Positions 52,310-64,000 of a stretch of DNA of 64,000 nucleotides are shown here, piece by piece; position 1 is the stretch's first letter; every line of letters begins with the position of its first letter. Both the position numbers and the translations under genes were made by a program. The stretch is from the human T2T-CHM13v2.0 reference genome, Homo sapiens: assembly GCF_009914755.1 (NCBI RefSeq), contig NC_060947.1; one strand, 5' to 3'. The notes below the pieces were generated by a model. It was not told the DNA's origin and made no database searches. It saw nothing but the letters and a program-made list of their open reading frames with translations.

Positions 52310-53100
52310 CTTAACCAAGTGACCAAAGTTAATATCACCAGTAAGAGAACACACCTGTACATGGACCTCCTGATGTGATGCATTGAGATAACACTTCTGT
52401 GAGAGACCCTTGTCAAAAAATATGTTGCCTCAATCTAATCATGAGAAAACATCTGACAAACCCCAATTGAAGGACATTCTATAAAATAATTGACCAGTAC
52501 TCTTTGAAAATGTTAAGGTCATGAAAAACAAAGACTCACGCCTGTAATCCCAACACTTTGGGAGGCTGAAGTGGGAAGATTGGCTGAGCTCAGGAATTTG
52601 AGACCAGCCTGGGCAACATAGCAAGACCTCACTCTACAAAAAAAAATTTTTTTAATTAGCCAGGTGTGGTGGTGCATGCCTGCGGTCCCACCTACTTAGG
52701 AGGTGGAGGTGGGAGGATTGCTTCAGACTGGGAGGTCGAGGCTACAGTGAGCCATGATTGCACCACTGCACTTCCGCCTGGATGACAGGGCAAGACTGTC
52801 TCAAAAACAAAACAAAACAAACAAAACAAATTGAAGGGGATTGAGGAAATTTGACAACTGAATGCAATGTGCAATCCTGGATTGGATCCTGGTTGAGGAA
52901 AAAGGCATCAATGGGAAAACTGACAAAATTTAAATAAGGTCAATAGATTAGTTAATAGTATTTATCAATGCTAATGACCTGGTTTCAACAGATATACTAT
53001 GGCTATGTAAGCTTTTCCATTAGGAAAAGATGGGTAATGAGTAATGGGAACACTGTGCTATTTTTACAACTTTTCTTTAAGTCTAAATTATTTCAAAATA
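52310..53100 (+). mobile_element. L1MC/MD 3' end with nested AluJ (about 52535-52830)
   Basis: atctaatcatgagaaaacatctgacaaaccccaattgaaggacattcta; Alu with (AAAAC)n tail. Confidence 0.8.
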
Positions 53101-53101
53101 G

Positions 53102-53104
<3 letters not shown>

Positions 53105-53138
<34 letters not shown>
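53105..53138. repeat. (CA)17 microsatellite
   Basis: Direct reading of the sequence. Confidence 0.97.
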
Positions 53139-53141
<3 letters not shown>

Positions 53142-55959
53142 GGCGCCATGGACATTTCACAGTTTCTGGGTTGGCACTTACACCGCTAGTGCTTCTGATG
53201 GATATATGACTTCAGGTGAAGGTGAGTTCACGCAAGAAATGCTTAGTGCAGAGCTTCTTTAGTTTATATAACAAAATCTAGAAGATCACAGAGAATCTGA
53301 TATAAGGTGATTAAAAGCTGTCACGGTATTGAGCACTTTGGCTCCACGCACACTGTCATAGCATAGATTCCCATTTCAGACTATGGAGTCAGTTAGCCAT
53401 AGCAGTTCACCCTCACCCGCTGCTGAATGGAATGTTCAGCTCATTGGTTCTCATCAGTCATGTCTCTCAGTCCAGGCCTGGATCTGCAAATACTTGGGAC
53501 ATGCACTTGCTCTTCTCTTTCGCAAGCCTAAGGCAGACATTCCTATTCAATTACAGCACTGTTTTCCACTGAGTCCACACAGCCACTACTCACCAGGGTT
53601 AGCACTTGAGTTGAAACATCTCCTTTTTCTGCTTTCACCCTGCAGTAGAGTCCATGAGGACCCTTGAAGCCCAAGTCCTTGCTTAGATTCTGATATCTGG
53701 ACAGATAGGCAAGGAGGTCACCCTTCCTTAAATGTAGTGGGATGCCAGCAGTCTCAACAAGTTTTCCTCTCCAAGCCTCATCAGAATGATCGAGGGGTGG
53801 GATATCTGATGGTCTCTATGGCAGTGGATGAAGATACTTGGTATGAGACGGAGCCCCTATGGCAAAAGTTGATTTGGTTCCAGAGGAACACTAAGACCTA
53901 AATCCTCATCATCAGGATCAACAGTGAATTCATTTCAACATATTGCCTTTACAGTTGTATTGTTTGCCAGACTTGATAAAATTAGCCAGGAGCAAAATAT
54001 CAGGGATTCTTTGTCATTTCACAGCCTGATAATCCAGGGATTTTAAAATAAAAGACTGATGTCAAAACAAACCTTTCTTTTTACCAAGGATGTGTCTTTG
54101 AAGGGCAGGGGACATTCCAACTGCCTTATTGGGAAAGAAATGAAGGAAGTCACTCAAACTAGGACCCAGACCATCTTAGTCTTAGTCATAGTTCAGAGCT
54201 ATAAACAATGACCATGTTTACTCTCCCATTTTCTATCAGGAAGAAAAAAACGGGTCTTATGAGAAAGCAGCTTCTGAGAAAAATCAAAGTAACTTACAGA
54301 GGAGCTAGCCAGGAGAGAAGATCAAAGACTAGAGCTGGCAGGAAGGGTGTTTCAATAGTACTTGACCAAGAGTACAAGAGTACTATAAAGACCTTCTCAC
54401 TGCCTTGTTTTCTTTCCCATCCCCAGCCCCGTCTTCTCTTGTTCATCCTCTTCCATCCTTCCCTTTCTCTGTGGGTTCATTTAAGATTTTCAGTTTTCCA
54501 TTGGTTTACAATAGAGTTGGGATTGAGAAACGCTGATCAAGCCTCGCCTTTGCTATACAAGAGTTAGACATATCCAGACTTGTCCTAGACAAGTCTATTT
54601 TACCTTTATAAATTGTCTTCATAGTTTTACAAGCTCTCTCAGAAGTATTCTGTTGTTTTATTAACTTCTGTCTAAAATAGTTCTGTCCATCCAAATTAAG
54701 TCTTTCTTGCTTTGGCTTAGGTGTTCTCTGTATCTCAGATAATTTGCTCCTTTAAACCAGTTAAGGAAAATACTAACCTTGCTATGCGAATCTCTGACAT
54801 ACAAATTATTCTGTGATCCCAAACCTTCAGCTCCTCCATTCTGCCCAAAGAAATAAGTTCAAATCCTTAGCCCAACTCTCCAGACTTTCTACAATTGGGT
54901 CCTAACTTACCTTTCGAGATAGATTTCCCACAAATCCTTTGCACGGACCATAGACCTCAGCCAACCCAAACTACACATGCTTCTCCAGAAAACCTCCTGT
55001 ACTCTCGAAACAATATCTCCACTTGAAATGCCCTTTCTCCCATTGTCTTCTCATTGACTCCTTCATTTTGAAAAAAATTAACTGAATGCCTACTATTAAT
55101 AAGTACTAGAAGGATACAAACACGAATGAGACATAATCTGTTTCATCCAGAGTACATGGAGACTAGAGGCAATTCTATTGTATTGACTTGAAGGTGTGAA
55201 TACCTAACTGGTGTATGGTGTTGGAATGGGGTGGGGTGGCAGGATTAAACTTCATGGGAAACATAGTATTTGAGAAGGCCTTGGAGGATGGGGTAGAATT
55301 TTGATATGAACACTGGGAGGAAAAGGATTATAGACTGAGGAAACTATGAGAGGCAGGAGATGGAGTGTATACACATGAGTTCAAATACTTTGCTTTGGCT
55401 GGTAAGAAAAGGGGTGTGTCAATAGAGGGCACTGGCTATAATGCTTCAGTAGGCCAGATATTGAAGGATCTTGAATGCCAGACTAGAAAGTTTGAATTTA
55501 TTCCATAAGCCTAGCAAATTATTGAAGGGTTTTGGGCACAAAAATAACAGTGACCTGAAGGAGCTATGCTTTATGACAATATCAGGGTATGTGTGTATAG
55601 GATTAATTTCCTCAATCTCTAGAGATTGCTTTTTGGTTTAGTAGAGAGAGGAGCGTTTGATGTTAGTGTCAGGTATAAGATTGCAGAAGTGGTGATGCCT
55701 ATATACCTCCCATTTAACTCACCTGTTTGGTCTTTGGAGAAGAGAGATGGATCTTGGAGACTGGCTATAAATAGCTGGTGACTTTAGTTGTATCTGCTGT
55801 TCACATGTGGTATTTTTCTTGAAGTAAATCAGCACAACACCTGGCCTATGGAATGATACAGCTATTGACCACAATAAATTCTTTTCCCCTCTATACCCAT
55901 TTTCAAGGCTCACCAGAAGCAGTTTGCTTTTGAGATCATGTCAGCTCTCCTCTCTGCCA

Positions 55960-56820
55960 TAACATAAGCTGCAGAGATCATTGTCATCTTGACACCCCAC
56001 ATCACGCTGGTTCATATTGTCCTGATTGGACTCAGAACAGGAAGCAGCAAGGACCTTAGATACCTTAGTCAAGAGCAAGCCAGAGGGTAAAAGCCTGGTT
56101 CCATGTGCTTTATCAGTCAGGCTCCAGTCAGGAAAACAGAAACCAAGCCAGCTATTTTCACAAAGGGAATTTAACATAGGTACATTATTATTACAAGACT
56201 GACAGGGCAAATGGGAAACTGAGGTGACACTGAGATAGTAACAGCAGCAAGAAGCTAACATTCCCAGGGCTGGAGGAATGGAAGGAAGGGGTTGGAGTTA
56301 TTGGAGCAGCCTGCGGTACTAGAACTCAGACCTCTGGAGAGTAACCGTGGCCTGGCTGGTGCTGGTGCCTCAGGAGCTCTGGAGCTCAGAAGCTTCTGAG
56401 GAACTGGGACCCAGACCTCCGAGTATGGGGTGCTGCCTGCCAGGTGCTAATGCATCAGAAGCTCCAAAGAAGGACCACACACAGCTGGAATCTAGAAAGG
56501 GGTACTGGACGGCTGGGTCTGACTAGCATCTCTGACAGGGGCCATAATGAGGCTGGTTCTGGGAGTGAGGAAACAGATGAGGGCTGAAACCAATTGCCAT
56601 AGCTGGGGGCAAAGGACCACTGCTGGGACAATGCTAACAGAAACAGTGAGTGCCAAGAAGTAAGTCCCTTCTTCCTCTTCCAGCCTTCTAATCTCCCTCT
56701 TGCGCTCCCACTGGAAGAACCTAACAGGGAGGAGCTGGCAAGAAAGAAATGTTTGCAAAGTCCCAGCAGGGCACAGAATAGGTTCAGAACTGAGAAACAA
56801 TAGCTTAATAGCCAGCACAA
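55960..56820. mobile_element. ERVL pol-like remnant (about 55960-56100) next to an old LTR (LTR78-like, about 56105-56820, -)
   Basis: catcacgctggttcatatt...ctgattggac...caggaagcagcaaggaccttagataccttagt resembles ERVL RT; tcagtcaggctccagtcaggaaaacagaaacc resembles an LTR terminus. Confidence 0.45.
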
Positions 56821-57039
56821 TAGCTAATGAAAACATTAGCCAATGAGTCTGGTTCATATTAAATACTGTGAGAAATAGAGAAAACTCCTTAGTTTTGGAA
56901 TTCTTTCTTTCTCTTTTAAATATTGGCCTGGCTGTGGAACTGTCAATAAAAGTACTTGTGTATACACATCATTACAGAATATTCTCAGGTTGACATTCTG
57001 TTGCATGCCTGAGACTTTTTTCACTGTTCAAAATATAGG

Positions 57040-57390
57040 CAGACAATGGAACACCACTCACAATAAAAAGGAATGAATTATTGATAAACACAACAACTTG
57101 GATGGATTGCAAAGGCATTATTCTGGGTGAAAGAAACCAGTCTCAAATGGTTACCTAGTGTATAATTCCATTCATATAACATTTTCAAAAAGACAAAACC
57201 ATAGAGATGGAGAACAGATTAGTGGCTGACAGGGGTAGGGGTTGGGGGAGGTTGTGACTATAACAGAATACCACAGGGGAGTTTTGGGGGAGTAATAGAA
57301 CAGTTCTATGTCCTGATTGTGGTCATGGTTACAAGAGTCTATACATGTGCTAACATTAATAGATCTGTACTCAAAACAAATAAAAAGGGG
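57040..57390 (+). mobile_element. L1MC/ME 3' end
   Basis: caatggaacaccactcacaataaaaaggaatgaatta...agaacagattagtggctgacagggg. Confidence 0.8.
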
Positions 57391-58329
57391 AAAACAGTAA
57401 AGGCAGAATGTGCATGGTTTGTGTGTGAGGTCTTACATTTTTTGCTTTTTAAAAATTTGCAGTGATGAGGTCAATTATGGCTCTGCTGAGCTTTAGCCAC
57501 AGCTGGCCTGAGTTAGCAGTGCAAAGGTTCCCTTGGAGTGGGCCTGAGTGTGTGACATTTCTGCAGTTACCACACGCCTCTGACTTCCCCAGCTGAGGGC
57601 CATGGAGGAGTGCTGCTGTCACTTCTGGGCTGTTCTGTTGACTCACATTTCCAGCTTCTCTGATATGGGTGAGGGTATTTGCACTGTTTGTAGCAGTTCA
57701 AAGATTCTTTCTTCCCTGCACTTCAAAGCCTGGCCTGCCTTTTCCTTACTCATGTCTTTTATTTGGTTCTAGCAACCTTTGAGGGTTGATGGAACTGAGT
57801 GGCCCTTGGCAGTGGCTCCACTAATTGGCAAAGCTGACCACAGGGGATGAATAAGATACTGGCATCAACATCACAGTGATCATGGTCCAGTGGGCCCTGT
57901 TTTGTGTTCTTGACAGTACAGAGCAATTCCTGGGAATAAATGACTGTGCTGACCAGCCAGCAGGAAGCATTCTCCATCCTGGGCTCCCTATAGCCCTCTT
58001 TTCCATTCATGTGGGGACTATTTTCCACAAATGTTCCAAAACATAATTGGTTATGCTTTGCACATTTAAAATGCTTCATTAATAGGATGTGATTAAACAA
58101 AGTGTTCTTGAACTTTAAAATATATAAAATTATTTTGCATTCCATTACCCTAAGAATTTTTGTTCCATTCCAGCTGAGATCAAAAGGAGAGAGAGAGATG
58201 CTTTGCAGTCACACATTCTCTTTCAGAAAGCCTCTTTTTGGGTGAAAACTGCACCATTGTCATCGCCATTCAAGCTTTGCTCACTAGGGACAGTTGTCAC
58301 ACCCCAAACATCTACCAACAGGATAGGAT

Positions 58330-58856
58330 TTAAAAGTGAATGAGCATGTACTCTTTTGGTGTCTTGGCTGCTTATGCTACATATACTTTTTTGAGATTGA
58401 TGTTATTGTGTAGTTTTCCATTGTATGAATATAAGATTGCACAATCTGTTTATCCATTCTGCTGTTGGGAGATAGTCAGGTTGTTTCTAGTTGTGGGGTA
58501 TTGTTTGTTTGTTGACTTTTATGAATAAAGCTGCTATAAACTTTATAAGTATTTTATAAGTATTTTTGTGCAAGTTTTTTGTGGACATATTCATTTTTCT
58601 TAAGTCTATATACCTGAGATGGAATTAAAGGGTATACATATGTTTAAGATTAGATACTGCCAAATAGTCTCCAAAGCTACACCATTTTACACTCCCACCA
58701 GCATTTATGAGCATTCCAGTCACTCTACATCTTTATCAACATTAAGTGTTATTAATCTTTTTCATCTTAGCCCCTCTAGTCCACAGTGTGGTTTCCTTTT
58801 GAATTTTCCTGACGAGTAATGATGTCAAGCACCTTAATATATGCTTATTGGCCTTT
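58330..58856 (-). mobile_element. Old L1M fragment
   Basis: tatgaataaagctgctataaac...ccattttacactcccaccagca. Confidence 0.7.
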
Positions 58857-58933
<77 letters not shown>

Positions 58934-58971
58934 GTAAGGTCTTATTCTTGTTTTCAAATGTAACACATTTG

Positions 58972-59025
<54 letters not shown>
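58857..59025. repeat. Compound (TG)(TA)(CA)(TA) microsatellite split by a 35-bp unique insert
   Basis: Direct reading; insert at 58933-58967. Confidence 0.95.
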
Positions 59026-59026
<1 letters not shown>

Positions 59027-61634
59027 TGCAAAGTGCCCCTCAGGAGAATCAAGAAAGTGGTGATAGCTATATCTCTCAGGGAAAGGAAGTAAAGGTATGA
59101 TTTGGAAAAGCAGACTTATCAATAAGAGGATATTCCCCAGGCCTGAATAACAATGCTTTTTTGTGTTTTAAATAAATATTAATGTATATGGTGGTTAAAG
59201 AAATAACTCAGTAGGCACCTGTTCCCAAATATCCCTCTCCACAACCATTACCCAGAACTTCGCCACGGTGATTGGAATAAATCACTGTGGATTGGGTTTT
59301 TCATGATTTGTTGTCAGCACCCTAATAAGGGTGCATTTTGGGCTTCTTTCTAACCTTGAAGCTGGCTGAAAGGTTAGCGTGAAGGGTTTAGGCACTTGGG
59401 GTTAAGGATGGCATGCCAGGTGGGAGTGCTGCATTCAGGTACTTTGGGTAAGCATGAAGGCTCTGACTGCTGAGGAGAGAGTGGTGACAAAGGTCAAACC
59501 CAGAAAGGGAAGAAGCCTTAAAACAGAGAAAGCATAGGATGTGCCTTAAACTTCTGCCTACCTCTTCATTGTGTTTACCCATGATTGTTCACCTTGATGA
59601 ATGTCGGAGTTGAGGAGAGGGGAAGAGGGAAGCACAGGGTGAATGTAGAATGATGTTACTAAACATGTTGGGAAGACAAGAGCACAATGCCAACCTTTGG
59701 GAGATTTTGAGACAGTCTCAAGGGAATAAAAAAGTACTACATAATTGTAGCAACAAGAATGACATGTGAAGAAGGCATTGTCAGGCTTCTTGAAGCCTTT
59801 GAGAAAGATCAAAGGAGTTCATATTTATATATGATACATCCACAAACACTCCTGCACAGGAAAAGCTGAGGCCAATAGGACACAGTATGTGCACAAATGC
59901 AAGGATTTGGTTTAAGGACAAACGAGCCCCATGGTAGAGTGAAAATAAAAGCCCATATCACCTCACTAGAAACCCAGTGTGGTTTGCAATGGACATCTTT
60001 GCTGTAAGGTCTTATTCTTGTTTTCAAATGTAACACAGCATCCAGCCTCCAGTAAATATTTTTCATGTTTAAGACAGCATGATAGCAATAAATCAGCTCT
60101 GAAAGTCAACTGCTATAAGTGCCATGTGGTATCAGTTAGATCACAAACCAAAGCCAATTTTTCAAAACATTTCCTGCTGGAATACCCACAACATTTTAAC
60201 AGATGTATTTTGGGCTGTTTCGAAGGAAAATAAGCCCCCATCAGCATATAAAATATAACTCAAAAGAAAGTAAAATATGGAGTGGAGGGATTATTTTTTC
60301 TTTTGGTAGTAAGAGAAAGATTGGGGATCATCTTGAAACCCTTGGGGAAGTGCTTGTTCATAGCCACGAAAGGGGAGAAATTAACTTTTCTCACACACAT
60401 ACCTCAAGAAAGACTGGAGTTTGAAAAATCTTCCTTCATTATATACCAAAGACATTTATTTGGCTGCTTTTGAGCATAATGTTTGTTATTTCTTATTCTG
60501 AACACTGGTCATAAGTATAATTCTGGCTTTTGTTGAAGCAACTCATGGGAAGCTAGGGAAAGGATTTGAGGATATGACTGATGAGGCCAGCAGGGACAGA
60601 GATGAAGTGAAGGCATCAAAAGAATCATCTTTTGTCAGGGACAAGATGGGCATGGCTGGTAGTTGCTGATTATAAAATGCTGCAAGTTGGAGTCTGAAGC
60701 TTTTCAAAATCAGTGGTAGAAGGGCCAGAATAGGAGTCTGGAAAAGGAGGAGGAAATTACTCTTTTTTTTTTTTTTGTATTTTTCTTCAACAGTTTATTA
60801 TGAAAAATCTCAAAGGTACAGAGAAGTTGAAAGACTTGTACAGTGAATATGCATATATATACCCATGAGGGAGAAATTATTTTTAAACTGACGGTTTGTT
60901 TCCACTGGGGCCAATTTTGATCCACATCAAATAAATGATCTTGAATGAATGAATGAATGCCTAACACACCTCCTACCACACTTATTCTGGGGAAACCAAA
61001 GTTGTTCACTGCCACTCTTGTACTGAGTGATGATTCCACAATCAGGAGTCCCCTGTGGATCTGCTTCCATTATCTGTTGTTTTGGATGCTTCCTGCTCAT
61101 GCTGTCTTATCTCCTCCTGTGCTTTGCTGTCTTTGACCTTGTACTGGATGTTGTACTGAAAAATTATATGTGGGTGGCAATAATTTGATGTTATTTCTCT
61201 AGAAGAGAATTTTTGTTTGCTTATGCCAGGCACGTGAGCATGTTAGCTGTACAACACATATTTATTGAGCGCTATTGAGGCAGTAAAAATAGAGTTATGA
61301 ACAAGAAATGGTTAGTCTTTCTCTGAATAAGCAACGAGATTCATTTAAACAGTTGTGGAAGAATAATTTAGTTCATATAAGTTTGATCAGCATCCAGCTT
61401 TCCCTAACCTTATCCATCAGCACCCATTAAGGCGTGGCAGGCTGAGCCATGCAGAGATGCCCTGAGGTAGCAGTTCTCTTGCAGTTGTATTTCTTAGATA
61501 ATTTAGAAAAAATATATACTGTGAACTGATTATTGCATTCATTATATAAAAGTGTAATCAGAAATACTCAGAACAATCTTACTTCTTTTGACTAAACATC
61601 CAGGAAAGAGGATGCTTTATTTTATTTTTAAGGT

Positions 61635-62410
61635 TTTTAAAAAAATATTTCAATGGTTTTTAGATACAGGTGGTTTTTGATTACATGAGTGAGTTCTTTA
61701 GTGGTGAATTCTGAAATTTTAGTGCACCCATTCACCCAAGCAGTGTACACTGTTACCCAATATATAGTCTTTCATCCCTGACCTTGCTCCCAAAGTCCCC
61801 TGCCCCAAGTCCCCAAACTCCATTATATCACTCTGTATGTTTTTGCATCTTCATAGCTTAGCTCCCACTTATAAATTAGAACATATGGTGTTTGGTTTTC
61901 CATTCCTGAGTTACTTCACTTAGAATAATGGCCTCCAGTTCCATCCAAGTTGCTGCAAAGGACATTATTTCATTCCGTTTAATGGCTGAGTAGTATTCCA
62001 TGGTGTATATTTAACACATTTTCTTTATCCAATCGTTGGTTGATGAGCATTTAGGTTGGTTCCATATTTTTGCAATTGCAAATTGTGCTGCTATAAGCAT
62101 GCATGTGCAAGTGTCTTTTTCATACATGACTTCGTTTCCTTTGGATAGATACCTGGTAGTGGGATTGCTAGATCAAATGATAGTTCTACTTTTAGTTGTT
62201 TTCAAATTTTATTTAACTTTTATTTTAAGTTCAGGGTTACATGTGCAGGTTTGTTATATGGGTAAACTTGTGTCATGGGGGTTTGTTGTACAGATTATTT
62301 TGTCACCCAGGTATGAAGTCTAGTACCCATTAGTTATTTTTCCTAATCTTCTCCCTCTTCCCCCCTCTACCCTCCCATAGAACCCAGTGTGTGTTGTTCC
62401 CCTCTATGCG
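61635..62410 (-). mobile_element. L1MA/PB 3' end (about 61635-62200) followed by an L1PA 3' end (about 62200-62410)
   Basis: ttccattcctgagttacttcacttagaataatggcctccag; ttttaagttcagggttacatgtgcaggtttgtta. Confidence 0.85.
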
Positions 62411-63517
62411 GAGGGCCCTCTAAAATACTAGACTAAGGCAGTTACTAATTAATGGCAGAAATATAACTGTATATTTATATACTTATAGCTCATTTTAATA
62501 TTATAAACTTAAATACTCTGAATCTGCAGACCATCTGCAGGGACTCTAGAGCTTGTGTCTAAGTGGAGGAACCAAAGAACACAATCCCTCCACATCCAAG
62601 CTCCAGAGTACCTAGTTTCAACCCTCACAAGCTGGAGGTTGGAGCTACTATCAATATAGTGGAGAGACCAATTAGCTGAGGAGGAATCTGCTATGGAGTG
62701 TAACCCAAGGAGACCTTAACTCTCCATCACAATGACCACAACTGAAAAGTCTGTGCTTTCTCTGAACTTGCCATCCTTAGTCATTGTCAGGTGTGACCTC
62801 ATGCTTATTTAATGGGGTGGGTGGGTTTCTCAAACAGATGAAAAATGAAGTCCACTCCTCACCCCTCACTACTGGAAAAAATATTCAACAGGAGAGCTGA
62901 CTTAGGAGATTTAAGACAAACTACCATAATTTATGTATTAACATTAATATCATTCTGCAGTTTCTGACGGTGTGATTTTTTGAAAATACTTTCATGAGAC
63001 ACCAAAGCTTTTGGTTTCTTTGAAGTAGGTTCCTTTCCCATGTAGGCTTTGCTATCAGGCTACCTTTTTTCCTACTTAACATGAGTTTTCTCTCTCATTT
63101 ACACACCCTGGTTTCTTACTTGAGACTTCCACATCATTGTCTGTGGCTGATTTTTAGGAGAGAACCAGGTTAGTGTCTGAACTCGGACCACATATATCAC
63201 ATCTGTCAAAATGGTCACTTTCAGCAAGGGAGCCATAGACCCTACAAAATCATTAGTCTTAAATAAGATCTAGATCAAAATTAACTGGGCCCGAGGAGGA
63301 GACATTTGCTTTGCTTAAACATTAATGAGCAACTCTTTCAGTTAAAACTTAGAAAAATAGAACAGAATTAGACACCAAGCTTTCCCCACAAAAACGCATG
63401 TCTGCCATAGGCTTAAGAATAACTAGGCCCAGCATCCATCCTTGCTTCCATCAGAGGAAGCAAGGATCACTGGCAGTTTCCTCTACTTGTTTCCACCTGT
63501 TTGCATGAAGATGGTAA

Positions 63518-63970
<453 letters not shown>

Positions 63971-64000
63971 TGATGCATCATGGAAGACTGAAAGGCAAAT

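Noticed and set aside
53383-53667. 94-aa ORF with good Kozak context after an AG (MESVSHSSSPSP...)
   Set aside because: It does not match NHS sequence I recognise, the pyrimidine tract is short, and no convincing donor follows.
59261-59290. Small hairpin ccacggtgatt-ggaata-aatcactgtgg
   Set aside because: An 11-bp stem with a mismatch is too short for a pre-miRNA and is plausible by chance in 64 kb.

Overview
Primate (human-like) genomic DNA from inside the X-linked NHS gene (Nance-Horan syndrome actin regulator, + strand). Two coding exons are recognisable: 34355-34507 (153 nt, [26 protein letters not shown]..., second half of the WAVE-homology domain) and 38948-39081 (134 nt, [11 protein letters not shown]...KDRHFLT). 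The rest is intron packed with Alu, L1, L2, MIR, MaLR/ERVL LTR and DNA-transposon relics. I cannot confirm any new biological system. The most promising region is an intronic CpG island at about 1650-3500. It holds two candidate alternative first exons that would splice in frame to NHS exon 2, one giving a short MGN/polybasic N-terminus. It also holds an overlapping three-exon antisense gene model with canonical splice sites and a 172-aa ORF. Smaller findings include a templated 35-bp insertion inside a microsatellite, a palindrome/duplication scar, three clustered MADE2 hairpins, a tail-to-tail Alu hairpin, a young AluYe-like insertion and a CTCF motif. Repeat subfamily names and most repeat boundaries were assigned by eye and are approximate.
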